A DNA stretch of 64,000 nucleotides from Octopus sinensis. Its lineage: Eukaryota. Below the pieces are notes generated by a model. The model saw only the letters and a list, made by a program, of their open reading frames with translations. It searched no databases and was not told where the DNA came from. The stretch lies in contig NC_042997.1 of NCBI RefSeq assembly GCF_006345805.1, positions 177,754,001 to 177,818,000 of the forward strand, written 5' to 3'. This document shows, one piece after another, positions 42,716 to 55,440 of this stretch (the first letter of the stretch is position 1; the number at the start of each line of letters is the position of its first letter). Both the position numbers and the translations under genes were made by a program.

Positions 42716-42825
42716 CTGTGGAAGACTTGAGAGCAAGTTTCACAAGACTTTGTGTATATGTCAAATGGGAAGAGAACCTCACTGCTGTGACAGATTTCAC
42801 AGGTATATCCTTTTGCACGACATAG
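42716..42825 (-). CDS. DEF8: DEF8 exon (LCRAKGYTCEICHSSEVLFPFDIYTKSCETCSQVFH)
   Basis: tttcag| acceptor, AG|gtgagt donor, 110 nt, phase 0-2. CxAKGxxCExC...LFPF...CxxCxxVFH motif. Confidence 0.95.
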
Positions 42826-43222
42826 CTGAAATTCATAAAACAAATTAGTCTTAGATTATTTCAATTTCCAAATGAGAAAATTAGACGTTGAACGATGATA
42901 ATAATGATGATGATGATGATGATACATTAAAAAAAATTTGCTATGAGATTTCCATACAAACAGTACTCAAGGGCAGTAACTTTGTGTTTACTGTAATTCT
43001 TCTATGGAAAGACTAGTGACATGATCTTTAAAGAAATCTAGTGAAAATTTTACTGACTGATGGTTTAATAAAGAGAAGATAAAATTCAAAACAGATAAAA
43101 CGAGCTGAGTGTATATAATGGTCTCCAACGTTTCAGTGATGTTGTGAAAAAGCAATAGGGAGATAATTGTCAGCTACAATATTCTCTGAAATAACCACTA
43201 GCTAAGTTACTACTTAACAAAA

Positions 43223-43738
43223 ACAGGTTCTTTATACCGTTCAACATCTTTTGTACGATAACCTCCAAAATCGAAAACTATTTTGAATGCTGATACAACA
43301 TGCAACAAATAGAAAAGTCCACAAAGCACTAGGAAGGTTCCACCAGATACAGCTGTTTTATCCCATTATGATATGTAACTGTTTTTTAATTTTTTATGTA
43401 CCCTACATAAAACCTAATACCTGTATTGTAAAAAATAAAATACAAATGCCAGACATGTACTGTGTAACCTTTTAATCAAAACAGAACGTCATAGGTGGGG
43501 ACTGATATCCTACGTTTCTGATGGTATTGAGCATAAAAAAAAATTATTCAGAATTTATATAAAACTACATTCAGGATGTATGTGACGAAATGCAAATGGA
43601 TATGGTGGTTAGATTTGAGCTCCATTCCCAAATTGTCCCATTTTATAGATGCAAATATAAAAATCCTCCAAAATCCAAAGAATCTCAAATCTGTAACACT
43701 TTTGGTCCCAGAAATTCTCTTTAATAGATTCTCAACTG
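43223..43738 (+). mobile_element. Old pogo/Tigger-like MITE
   Basis: caggtt...ctcaactg|ta ends. Subterminal ccaaaatc repeats and aacacttttggtccca resemble Tigger4/MER46 (recalled, not searched). Confidence 0.6.
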
Positions 43739-45369
43739 TATCATCATCATTTAACATCTGCTTTCTATGCCGGCATGGGTTAGATGGTTTGACAAGGAAC
43801 TGGCTAACAGGGAGCTGTCTGTTGTGGCATGGTTTCTACAGCTAGATGCCCTTCCTGATGCCAACCCCTTAACAGTGTGCTGGGTACTTTTTACATGCCA
43901 CCAGCATGGGTGCATTTATGCAGCACTAGCGCAGGTGCATTAACACAACACTGGCATGGGTGCTTTTCCACCACTTTCGCAATTTTAAAAATCTAGTTCT
44001 ATACTGACAGGTCGAATGATCTCTGCAAATTTCCAGAAATGTTAAACCAACCAAGTATAATAAGATAGCAAATTGAATAATATGTCTTACTTATACACAT
44101 AACAATTTTAAAATGTCCATTTATTTCTTATTTTTATTTTCCTAAAATTTTTGTTGCGTCTTGCAACCTTTTCAGTAGTCTTGACTCTGTCTTACTGGTG
44201 AGTGTGTTACATTATAAGACACAAAAAGAAAATGACTTTCCCCAGACACAACAGAATATGCTTCAACACACAAACTCATATAAAGAATCTTGCAAACCAA
44301 ATCCAAAAACGAAATTTTTAAATAGTGGTTTTCAAATGACGCATCACGAGAATGGGAAGAAGGAATTTACTTGCATCATGGGTTTTTTAAATATTTTTAG
44401 AAAATCCATATTAATGGATTATAGGCACAGGCTTGGTTGTGTGGTAAGAAGTTTACTTCTTAACCACGATTCCTGGTTCACTCCCATTGTGAGGCACCTT
44501 GGGCAAGTATCTTCTACTATAGCTTCAGGGCAACCAAAGCCTTGTCAGTGGATTTAGTAGATGGAAACTTAAAGAAGCCCATCCTCTGTGTGTGTGTCTG
44601 TGTTTATCCCCCACCACTGCTTGACAACAGGTGCCAGTGTGTTTATGTCCCTGTAACTTAACAGTTCGGCAAAAGAAACTGATAGAATAAGTACCAGGTA
44701 CCAGATTTAAAAAGAGATAAGTACTAGGGTCGATTCGTTCAACTAAAAGTTCTCCGAGTCAGTGCCCCAGTATGGCCACAGTCTAGTGACTGAAACAAGT
44801 AAAAGATTAATGTATGTGTGCTTTTGAAAACAAGTTAGTCATAATTTTGTTACATGCAAGTACTATAAATAAAACCTCATCAACAGTAGATTTCCAATTT
44901 TTCTCTAACTATTCATAACAAGCTTTTTTTAATTCTTCCATGTGGAGTGCGCAAGCAGTGAGCAATGAAGTCAAAAAGGATTGAAAACCTTTCTGCTAAA
45001 AAGTTGGGTACCTTTTCCTCACATCATCATTATCATCATCATTTAGTGTCTCCTTTCCATGCTGGCATGGGTTAAGACGGTTTGCCTGAAACTGGTAAAC
45101 TGGAAAACTCCACCAGGTTCCAAACTAATTTGGCATGATTTCTACGGCTAGATGTCCTTCCTAACACCAACCACTCCAAGAGTGTAGTGGGGGCTGTTTA
45201 TATGCCACTGGCACAGGTGCCAGTTATGTGACACCAGCATCAACCACAACTACAATTTCACTTGGCTTGACAAGTCCTCTCAAGCACAGCATATCACCAA
45301 ACATTTAGGTCACTTATCACCTCTATGAGGCCCAACATTCGAAGGGTGCTTTTTAAGTGCTACCTCACA

Positions 45370-45766
45370 TCTATATATATAAAGCTGAAGTTTATCTGTG
45401 TATGGCAGGTTTGGTAGTCTTCAACTAACACTATCTCCTCCGAGACCCTGCGGCACAAGTTGACCAAAATTGAGAGTATGATAGAAGAAGGCTTGCTCTT
45501 CCTTCTGTAGAAGAAAAAACTCAAATCGGACCATGTTAACACCAAAAATTATTTACATCAAAAAGGTGCTTTTTTTCTATGAAAATCCCTATTTTTTATG
45601 ATTTTTTGACTGTTGTGTCGTCATTTTTTGATGTATTTCAAACAGAAAAATGTTCACTTAAAGAGAACAACAAGCTACAAAATGCAAAATTTTTACTTTT
45701 CAAAAATTCCAATTCTAAAGGGTCGAAAAGAAAACAAGCCCGAACAACACTGGGCTGTACTGCTAG
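45370..45766 (+). mobile_element. Non-autonomous Helitron
   Basis: A|TCTATATATATAAAG 5' end, subterminal hairpin agcccgaacaacactgggct, CTAG|T 3' end, no TSD. Confidence 0.85.
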
Positions 45767-45812
45767 TTTGAAAATAAAAAGTTTCAATGTTATATCATGT
45801 AAAAATCCTTAC

Positions 45813-45953
45813 CTGGCAGGCTTTCTTTATGTGTTTCAAAAAACTATTTACAATTTCTGTTAGTTCAGGCAGCAATATTTGAGAATCAGCATCTATGAGG
45901 TCTTGTAATGAAAACATATTGGAATTTTCGACAAAATGTTGTCGTTTCTGCAG
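45813..45953 (-). CDS. DEF8: DEF8 exon (LQKRQHFVENSNMFSLQDLIDADSQILLPELTEIVNSFLKHIKKACQ)
   Basis: ttttag| acceptor, CAG|gtaagg donor, 141 nt, phase 0-0. RQHFVEN...SxQDL motif. Confidence 0.94.
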
Positions 45954-46151
45954 CTAAAATATAAATGAAAGATTATGATAAAAAGCTACATCATGACCAC
46001 TACATTAGAGGTTAAGAAAATCGCTTTACAATCACATGGTTTCAGGTTCAGTCCCACTCTGTAACACCTCAGACAAGTGTCTTCTACTTTAGGCCCAGGC
46101 CAGGAAAAGCCTTGTGAGAGAATCTGCAAGATGGAAACTAAAAGAAGCTAG

Positions 46152-46182
<31 letters not shown>

Positions 46183-46200
46183 TGTGTGTGGTGTGTGTGT

Positions 46201-46231
<31 letters not shown>

Positions 46232-47579
46232 TGAGAGAGAGAGAGAGAGTGTGTGTGTGTGTGTGTGTGTGGTGTGTGAGAGAGAGAGAGAGTGTGTGTG
46301 TGTGAGAGTGTGTGTGTGTGCGTGTGTGTTGATATCATGTGATTGCTGTAAATGAGTGTCAGTCATACAAGTAGTGTTGTTCATGTTTGACCATGGAAAA
46401 TATGACCCTGTTTGGAAACAGGTGAGTGTTATTGATAGGATGGGTATCAAACCATAGAAAAATCTATTTCAATAAACTGCTATAGGCATAGGAGTGGCTG
46501 AGTGGTAAGTAGCTTGTTTACAAACCACATGGTTCCGGGTTCAATCCCACTGCATGGCGCCTTGGACAAGTGTCTTCTACTATAGCCTCGGGACGACCAA
46601 AGCCTTGTGAGCGGATTTGGTAGATGGAAACTGAAAGAAGCCCATTGTATGTGTGTGTGTGTCTGTGTTTGTCCCCCCCCCCAACATCGCTTGACAACCG
46701 ATGCTGGTGTGTTTACGTCCCCTAACTTACCGGTTCGGCAAAAGAGACTGACAGAATAAGTACTAGGCTTACAAAGAATAAGTCCTGGGGTTGATTTGCT
46801 CGACTAAAGGCGGTGCTCCAGCATGGCCACAGTCAAATGTGGTTTCCCACTTGGACGGGACGCCGGTCCGTCACAGGTGAGCTGCAAGATGCAGGAGGAA
46901 AGAGTGAGAGAAAGTTGTGGCGAAAGAGTCAGTAGAAGTTCACCATTACCTTCTACCGGAGCTGCATGGAGCTTAGGTGTTTCGCTCATAAACACACACA
47001 TTGCCCGGTCTGAGAATCGAACCCGCAATCCCTCGACCGGGACTCCGCTGCTCTAACCACTAGGACATGTGCCTCCACATATATGACAAATAAAAAAAGA
47101 AATGCTGTATAGCTAAGCAGTTTGATCTAAAAGACAAACCTTGTGTTTCAGCAAAGAGTTTGTCTTTGAGCAATAACAATGTATGAAATGTAGTAATAGC
47201 TAAATCTCACACTGACACACACACTTCAGATTGGTTTTGCTTCACGTGTTTCAGATTAGTTTTTTTCTTGCTTTTTCACCTGCAAGTCACAGGTCATCGT
47301 TTAGAAGCCATCATTTCATGCAGCAGCATGAAACAATGACAGTATGCTTGATCCTTACTCTTTTACTTGTTTCAGTCATTTGATGGTGGCCATGCTAGAG
47401 CACCTCCTTTAGTCGAGCAAATCGACCCCAGGACTTATTCTTTGTAAGCCTAGTACTTAATTTTATCAGTCTCTTTTGTCGAACCGATAAGTTACAGGGA
47501 CATAAAGACACCAGCATCAGTTGTCAATCGATGTTGAGGGGACAAACACAGACACACAAACATATACACACACACATAC

Positions 47580-47621
<42 letters not shown>

Positions 47622-49399
47622 GACGGGCTTCTTTCAGTTTCCGTCTACCAAATCCACTCACAAGGCTTTGGGCGGCTCGAGGCTATAATAGAAGACACTT
47701 GCCCAAAGAGAATAGAAATGATAGAGCTACAAGAAAGACAACTCTTGTCACACTTTTCTTCATTCACATTTTTTTCTCTATTTCCTCACTCTTTAGCAAT
47801 CCACCATCCACTGATATAATAAAAAACAGTCTTATATTTAATATAATTCATTCTTTTCTACTCTAGGCACAAGGCCCATAATTTGGGAGAGGAGGGGCAG
47901 TCGATTAGATCGACCCCAGTACACACACTGGTACTTAATTTATCAACTCTGAAAGGATGAAAGGCAAAGTCAACCCCAGCAGTATTTGAACTCAGAATGT
48001 AAAGACAGACGAAATACTGCTAAGCATTTCGCCTGGCATGCTAACGTTTCTGCCAGCTCACTGCCTTATAATTTATTGCAAAACATTAACAGCCTTATGC
48101 TAATACAACACATTAGCAAATTTCAAATATCATGGAAAAATCAAACAAAAACTGTGAGTATACTCTTTTACTTCTTTCAGTCATTTGACTACGGCCATGC
48201 TGGAGCACTGCCTTTCATCAAGCAAATCGACCCCAGGACTTATTCTTTGTAAGCCTAGTACTTATTCTATCGGTCTCTTTTGCTGAACTGATAAGTTACG
48301 GGGACATAAACACACCAGCATCAGTTGTCAAGCGATGTCGGGGGGACAAGAACAGACACACAAACACACACACATATATATACATATACACGATGGTCTT
48401 CTTTCAGTGTTCATCTACCAAATCCACTCACAAGGCTTTGGTCGGCCCAAGGCTATAGTAGAAGACACTTGCCCAAGGTGCCACGCAGTGGGACTGAACT
48501 CGGAACTATGTGGTTCGTAAGCAAGCTACTTACCACACAGCCACTCCTGATAAAAAAAAGGTTTCAACCTAAACACAATTTCCTTACAGGAATCCTAAAA
48601 TTCCTCCAGGTTAAGAGTTGCTGGTTTATAAGAAGAGAAGCTACAAAATAAGAAGCCATTGTATTCAGCACCTCTACACTTTTGTTACTATATTTCTAGA
48701 GAAATACACTGGTGTTGTTTCAACTAATTTTGAAAACTATGAACTTAGAAAAACTTGATAACTTTGACATTATTAAGCTTGTGTTTGGACATATTAACAT
48801 GAAATCTTGAAAGAAGGTTTTAGTTTGAATGACTATAGTAAAACAGAGGTGATCTGTAAATGATTAATATCACAAAGATTTAAAAAATAAAAAAATCAGT
48901 AACAATGTTAAGTACTTTTGCTGCTTTTTTTATCTTTTTCATGACTTAGTCACAAGAGGGAGGAGACAGCCCCACGACCTTTTCCAAGGTGGAAAATAGC
49001 ATCTCCTACCCAAAGAGGCAGAAATGTATATTTAGCAGCTGGACAATTTTTGTTTGTACTTCTGCATTTTTTTTTAATACTATATGTCTATAAGAGATAA
49101 TATCTCAGGGCAAATATCAAGGTGAATTAGGATTTCAATGATGCATCTGCTTTAAGTACGATATGCAGATTGCTATTTTAAACTAATACTGCTTCTGTCA
49201 CACACAATGAATTATTAGGTTAAAACTTGGAGAAGTGGAAAGAGTTAATTGAGATGTTTCAGACATTGCCCTTCTTCAGAATATAGATGTCAAGCGGAAT
49301 GAACAGGAAAACGTAAGAAAAAAATAAATAAAATGGAAAAGTTCGGACAAAGTAGTCTAGGTGAGTTGGTTAGCTTAGTGTGTTGAGAAAAGGTCTGTA

Positions 49400-49862
49400 T
49401 AGATTCTGTTGTTTGTGCTAGTGGAGTGCTAAGAGTACCAAACAAGCGTGATCGTTGCCAGAGCAACAAACTGGCCTCCGTGCCAGTGGCGTGTAAAAAG
49501 CACCATTCAAGCGTGATCTTTACCTGTGTCACCTTACTGGCACTTGTGTTGGTGGTACGTAAAAAACATTCAAGCGAGGTCGTTGCCAGTGCTGCTGGAC
49601 TGGCTCCTGTGCAGGTGGCACATAAAAAGCACTATTTGAGCATGGCCGTTGCCAGTAGCACCTGACTGGCCCTTGTGCCAGTGACATTTAAAAGCACCAA
49701 CTACACTCTTGGAGTGGTTGGCATTAGGAAAGGCATCCAGCTATAGAAACTCTGCTAGATCAGATTGGAGTTTGGTGCAGCCATCTGGTTCGCCAGACCT
49801 CAGTCAAATCGTCCAACCCATGCTAGCATGGAAAGCGGACGTTAAACGATGATGATGATGAT
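49400..49862 (+). mobile_element. (GAT)n-tailed non-autonomous retroelement with internal degenerate repeats. Other copies: 52950-53455(+), 53980-54250(+), 51235-51600(-), 45020-45360(-), 43740-43970(-), 36395-36600(-)
   Basis: Shared gagtggttggcRttaggaagggcatccagctgtagaaac...gcatggaaagcggacgttaaacgatgatgatg 3' end. The short-repeat tail suggests RTE-type mobilisation (inference). Confidence 0.8.
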
Positions 49863-50147
49863 GTGTAAGTATAAGTGCAATGCCTGCGTAAAGGGCAAGT
49901 GGTTCATTACTAGATCACCTTTGATCATCTGATCATCAGCCTAGTCATTCAGGGATGACTTGGGGACTATACAACAACAGCAGCAGCAACAAGATATAAC
50001 TTAAGTACTATAATCAGTTTTTCTTGACTGTACTCACCCCAACAAAATTTGTGACTTTGTATCACAAAGTTCTAAAATCATCATAGTTATTAAAAGGGAG
50101 AATGGTAGATGGACAGAATCAATAAACAGTTCATGACAACAATAATA

Positions 50148-50868
50148 GGATCTTTACCTTTTGACCTACAGATTTCAAAAATAATTTTTTGTAACTAAAC
50201 ACTTTCAAACTTCAGACACTGGTAGAATGTGTCATATAAAACATCTTTTACTCTTAGCATTTTTGAGAAAAACTTATATTTACGAAGTTAATTCACTTTA
50301 AAGTTCTCGTATTTCGGTAATTTCAACCAGTCAATGACGTATATTCAGCTGAATAAAATTACTGCTGTTGTTTGTCAACAAGAACTTCCGGTGGTGTATA
50401 TTTCGTTTGTCACTGTTATTTATGACAACCCTAAAACCTAAAACCTTAAAACCAGTACAAACGCATGAACGATATCATGTTTGTTGTTTGTTCCTTATCA
50501 AGCCACACCTGGCTCATAAGGGCCGATTTCCTGGTTTCCTTGGCGACACCAGTCTGTCGCAGGTGAGATGCAAGATGCAGGAGGAAAGAGTGAGAGAAAG
50601 TTGTGGCAAAAGAGTTAGCAGAGGTTCGCCATTACCTTCTGCCGGAACCGCGTGGAGCTTAGGTGTTTCGCTCATAAGCACACACATTGCCCGGTCTGAG
50701 ATTCGAACCCTCGATCTGTCCACTGCGAGTCTGCTGCTCTAACCACTAGGCCATGTGCCTCCACCCGAACGATATTATAAGCAACAATGACAAACGAAAA
50801 ATACACCACCGTTGACAAACAACGGCAGTAATTATTTTTTAAATCTATAGGTCAAAAGGTAAAGATCC
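50148..50868. mobile_element. Non-autonomous TIR DNA transposon, Merlin-like, with nested SINE at 50479-50766(-)
   Basis: TIR GGATCTTTACCTTTTGACCTAYAGATTT at both ends and 8-bp TSD CAATAATA. GG termini with an 8-bp TSD fit Merlin. The nested SINE has a 12-bp TSD gaacgatatYat. Related internal sequence is duplicated at 9951-10080 and 10160-10295. Confidence 0.82.
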
Positions 50869-50890
50869 CAATAATAATAGCCAAACTTAC

Positions 50891-50971
50891 CAATAACAAC
50901 AACTTATCTTCACGGGCAAATTGGCAACGGATAAAATATTGTTTCATAATAAGGATGTCTTTTCGAAGTTT
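50891..50971 (-). CDS. DEF8: DEF8 exon (KLRKDILIMKQYFIRCQFAREDKLLLL)
   Basis: cttcaaag| acceptor, |gtaagt donor, 81 nt, phase 0-0. Resembles 'KLRQDILLMKPYFITC'. Confidence 0.92.
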
Positions 50972-53643
50972 CTTTGAAGATAGTAAAAAGAAACAAATAC
51001 ATAAAGTTATTGAATCATCAAATATAAAATACACAAAAATTCAAAAAACTCAAATACTTCCATAATTTATCTGTTTGCTACCTTTCCTGTTTTTTGCACA
51101 CACACACAAAAATCTAACTTTTAAAGGTAACTGAAACTTTATAGGACTTTAAAATATTGTAATGAAGCAAAAATAATTATATGGACTGTTTAATTTGATT
51201 TTGCTTGCTTTGTTTTGCTTAATATCTTATCTTCATCATCATCATCATCATTTAACATCCGTTTTCCGTGCTAGCATGGGTTGGACGGTTCGACCGGTGT
51301 CTGGGAAGCCAGGAGGCTGCACCAGGCTCAGTCTGATCTGGCAGTGTTTCTACAGCTGGATGACTTTCCTAACACCAACCATTCCATGAGTGTAGTGGGT
51401 GTTTTTTACATGCCACCAGCACAGGTACCAGGGGAGGCTGGCAGCGACCACGATCAGTTGGTGCTTTTTATATGTCACCAGCACGGAAGCCAGTCAAGGT
51501 GGCGCTGGCATCAGCCACATTTGAATGGTGCTTTTTACGTGCCACCGGCACAGAAGCCAGTCAAGGCAGCGCTGGCAAGTCAAAGCGGCGCTGGAATTTT
51601 CTTTATTATATCTTTAATATTATATTTATCATTCTGTAATATTTCATTTATCATACAATAATTATTTATTAATTTATTATACATCTTATTATACATTATA
51701 TATTCATTATACATCTTATCATACTGCGAAGCATTATTTATTATACAATAACACCTTATTCATTATACTGTAATATGTTACTTTTAGTACTCTGATATTG
51801 CTTTCAAATTTTGGCACAAAGCCAGCAATTTCGGGGGAGGGGATAAGTTGATTGCATCAACCCCAGTGCTCAACTGGTACATATTTTATCAATCCCAAAA
51901 GGATGAAAAGCAAAATTGACCATTGTAGAATCTTAACTCAGAATGTAAAGACATGAAATGCAGCTAAGTATTTTACCTGGTGTGCAAAACTATTCTGCCA
52001 ACATGCAGCCTTATCATACTCCAATATGATTGTTCTGCAATATCTGATTATAAGATCTGATGAAAAATGTCTCACTCAAGCCAGCATGGAACATGGACAT
52101 TAAATGATGATGATATATTCTCACACACACAGCTTTATATACACATGTACACACACAGCCATAATTTCACATACATGATCAATACACAAGGTCAGTCACA
52201 CACAATCTCACACACACACAAACATATAAGACACAGTTCAATTTGTCCTTAACAGTTCATACATACTACAGACATATGTATGGAAAGGCGCAGGAGTGGT
52301 TGTGTGGTAAGTAGCTTATTTACCAACCACATGGTTCCGGGTTCAGTCCCACTGCGTGGCACCTTGGGCAAGTGTCTTCTACTATAGCCTCGGGCTGACC
52401 AAAGCCTTGTGAGTGGATTTGGGAAGCGGAAACTGAAAGAAGCCTGTCATGTATGTGTGTGTGTGTTTGTCTCCCCAACATCTCTTGACAACCGATGTTG
52501 GTGTGTTTACATCCCCGTAACTTAGCAGTTCGGCAAAAGAGACCGATAGAATAAGTACTAAGCTCACAAAGAATAAGCTCTGGGGTCGATTTGTTTGACT
52601 AAAGGCGGCGCTCCAGCATGGCAGCAGTCAAACGACAGAAACAAGTAGAAGAGAAAAAAAATAGCTTAGTGATGCAAATTATAGGTAAGTTCCCAGTCTG
52701 ATAAAACAAGATACTTTGATTTCATTGCTATTATGCAAAAGTGTCGTAAGTCCAAAACGCTGCTTTTTCATAAAACAAAAAAATAGTTTCACCATTCCAT
52801 AGCAAAACCATTGAACTACACTTTGACAATTTTTGATATCTTGGCATCTGAATCAGCTGGAGATACAACAGTTTGACCAAAAGAACCAGCTACTGCAAGC
52901 AAAAAGAAATATTGTAAAAAATGCCTTTGGCCAAATTTAGACATACTACAGTGGGGTGCAAAGAGCACCATACGAGTATGGTCATTGACAGAGCGGCTAA
53001 CCGGCTTCCGTGCCAGTGGCACTTAAAAGGCACCACTCGAGCATGATCATCACCAGTGTTGCACTACTGGCACTCGAGCCCCATGCTAGTAGGGTGTTAA
53101 GAGCACCATCTGAGCGTGATCGTTGCCAGAGTGGCTATCTGGCCTCTATGCTGGTGGCACGTAAAAAACATCATTCGAGCGTGATCGTTACCAGCATCGC
53201 CTTACTGGCACCCGCACCGGTGGCATGTGTAAAAGATTCGAGCGAGGTCATTGCCAGTGCCACCTGACTGGCACATAAAAGCACCCACGACAATATCAGA
53301 GTGGTTGGCATTAAGAAGGGCATCCAGCTGTAGAAACTCTGCCAGATCAAGATTGAAGCTTGGTGCAGCCATCTGGTTCGCCAGCCCTCAGTCAAAATCA
53401 TCCAACCCATGCTAGCATGGAAAGCGGACGTTAAACGATGATGATGATGATGACACAGTTTAACATAATAGCAACAATTTGATTCTCTGGCTAAACCATT
53501 TCTCCCCATTAACATCACTAATACCCTTCGGTATGAAGCATGAAGATTACAACATCCCAAATATACTTATGTGAAAAATTGATAGTTAGGTTTCCTTCGA
53601 AGTCACTTCACACAAATTGGTAAAATTCCAAGAGAATACTTAC

Positions 53644-53757
53644 AAGTATTTGACGTAATTCTTCTGACATATTAAAAATAAGTGGACTGTGTTTTTCAAG
53701 ATCTAAGACAGGCTTTTTCAACATTAATTTCAAGAATTGTCGACTGGCACGGCTTAC
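53644..53757 (-). CDS. DEF8: DEF8 exon (VSRASRQFLKLMLKKPVLDLEKHSPLIFNMSEELRQIL)
   Basis: ttgttgtag| acceptor, |gtaagt donor, 114 nt, phase 0-0. Resembles DEF8 'VSRCSMRYLALMVSRPVL...PLLF...EEL'. Confidence 0.92.
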
Positions 53758-54652
53758 CTACAACAAAAGATATATATATATGTATGTTTATTTAATATAT
53801 AAATAAGATTCAGTTGGTCTATGGCCATTTCAGGCAGTTGGACTCATGATCATAAAATTGTTGTTTCAATCCCTGGATCAGACAGCAAAACACTTTATTT
53901 CATGTTGCTCCAGTAATCTTGTGTTGGACTGGCGTCCCATTCAGGTAGGCAATATATACACAAGGATATACACCATCCAAACGTGGCCGATGCCAGCGCC
54001 GCCATGACTAGCTTCTGTGCCAGTGGCATGTAAAAAGCACCAACTGATCGTGGCCGCTGCCAGCCTCCGGTGGCACGTAAAAAACACCCACTACACTCAT
54101 GGAGTGGTTGGCGTTAGGAAGGGCATCCAGCTGTAGAAACACTGCCAAATCAGACTGGAGCCTGGTGCAGCCTCCTGGCTTCCCAGACCCCGGTCGAACC
54201 GTCCAACCTGTGCTAGCACGGAAAACAGATGTTAAATGATGATGATGATGACTCAAGAAGGTAACTTTACTTTTTTCTTTATTTCAGGCAATTCTAAATC
54301 TTTTCTCTCCATAAAGCGTTCATAACAGCCTTGTGTTTGTCCTTAATAATGTAATTCATAGGTTATGCTGGTGGTAGTGATTGTTGTTTAGACTCACATC
54401 AGTCCAAATCAAGCAAACCTGTAATCAAAGCTATTCCAATCATAACCATCCTGTCTTTTTAAGAGTATTGAAGATTATGCTATCTGAAGTGCCCGTTCTC
54501 ATTTTTTTTTTAATAGCCAGGTGTGGTTTCAGAAAGATTTTGCTGTTGTTTCTAGCTAACAGGTCAAGCAATCACATAGTGGCCTTATTACTAAGAAGTG
54601 ATAGTTAGGAAATGATATAACTGAAGCAATATAAAAAATAAATTAACTGTTA

Positions 54653-54814
<162 letters not shown>

Positions 54815-55059
54815 TCAATTTATATGTTACTATCACTCATAGTTACTTCAAATTACATTATTATTGTTATTTACTTTTAATCTGCATGTTTGTTGCAATC
54901 ACTTGCCAAGGAACACACAGCACCCTCCATAAAGTCAAGGCGAAGAGATGTTAGATGTTACAGTATAACTGAAAACTTGCAGAGGGGAAGCTTCTCAATG
55001 CAAAGTTTTGCTTCTATACTTGGCATTTTTGTCAAACTTTTGATTAATTCAGCTATAAA

Positions 55060-55440
55060 AACTGGGTTGTCAATATACAGGAATTCCCAGTCTTAAACTC
55101 CTCAGCAATAGCCTGGAGATGGGAGGGCCTATGATAGACAGAAGGGGGCTATGCACTGAACCTTAGTGGACCCCTGCCTACATGCTAAACTCATTACTGT
55201 ACACATTGTTAACTTTCATCTTACTAACTTTACCCCTGAACATGACTTGCACAGCCTTCATAAAACATTCATCTACTCCTAGTTTCGATAGTGACCACCA
55301 GAATAAGGGACCCTGTCAAAAGCCTTCTCCAAGCTAATAAATGCCACATACACTGGCATACGACTAGCTAATTATTTATCCAGCAGTTGTCTCACTAGGA
55401 AGAAGCAGCAGTTATACTCCTTCGGGTCACAAACTAAACT
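55060..55440 (-). mobile_element. RTE-like reverse transcriptase fragment
   Basis: YVAFISLEKAFDRVP...LGVDE...GVH*GSVHSPLL remnants. Confidence 0.75.

Noticed and set aside
52822-52891. Possible extra DEF8 exon after ttgcttgcag
   Set aside because: No DEF8 similarity, weak donor, and a phase-0 reading starts with a stop. The neighbouring exons already join without a gap.
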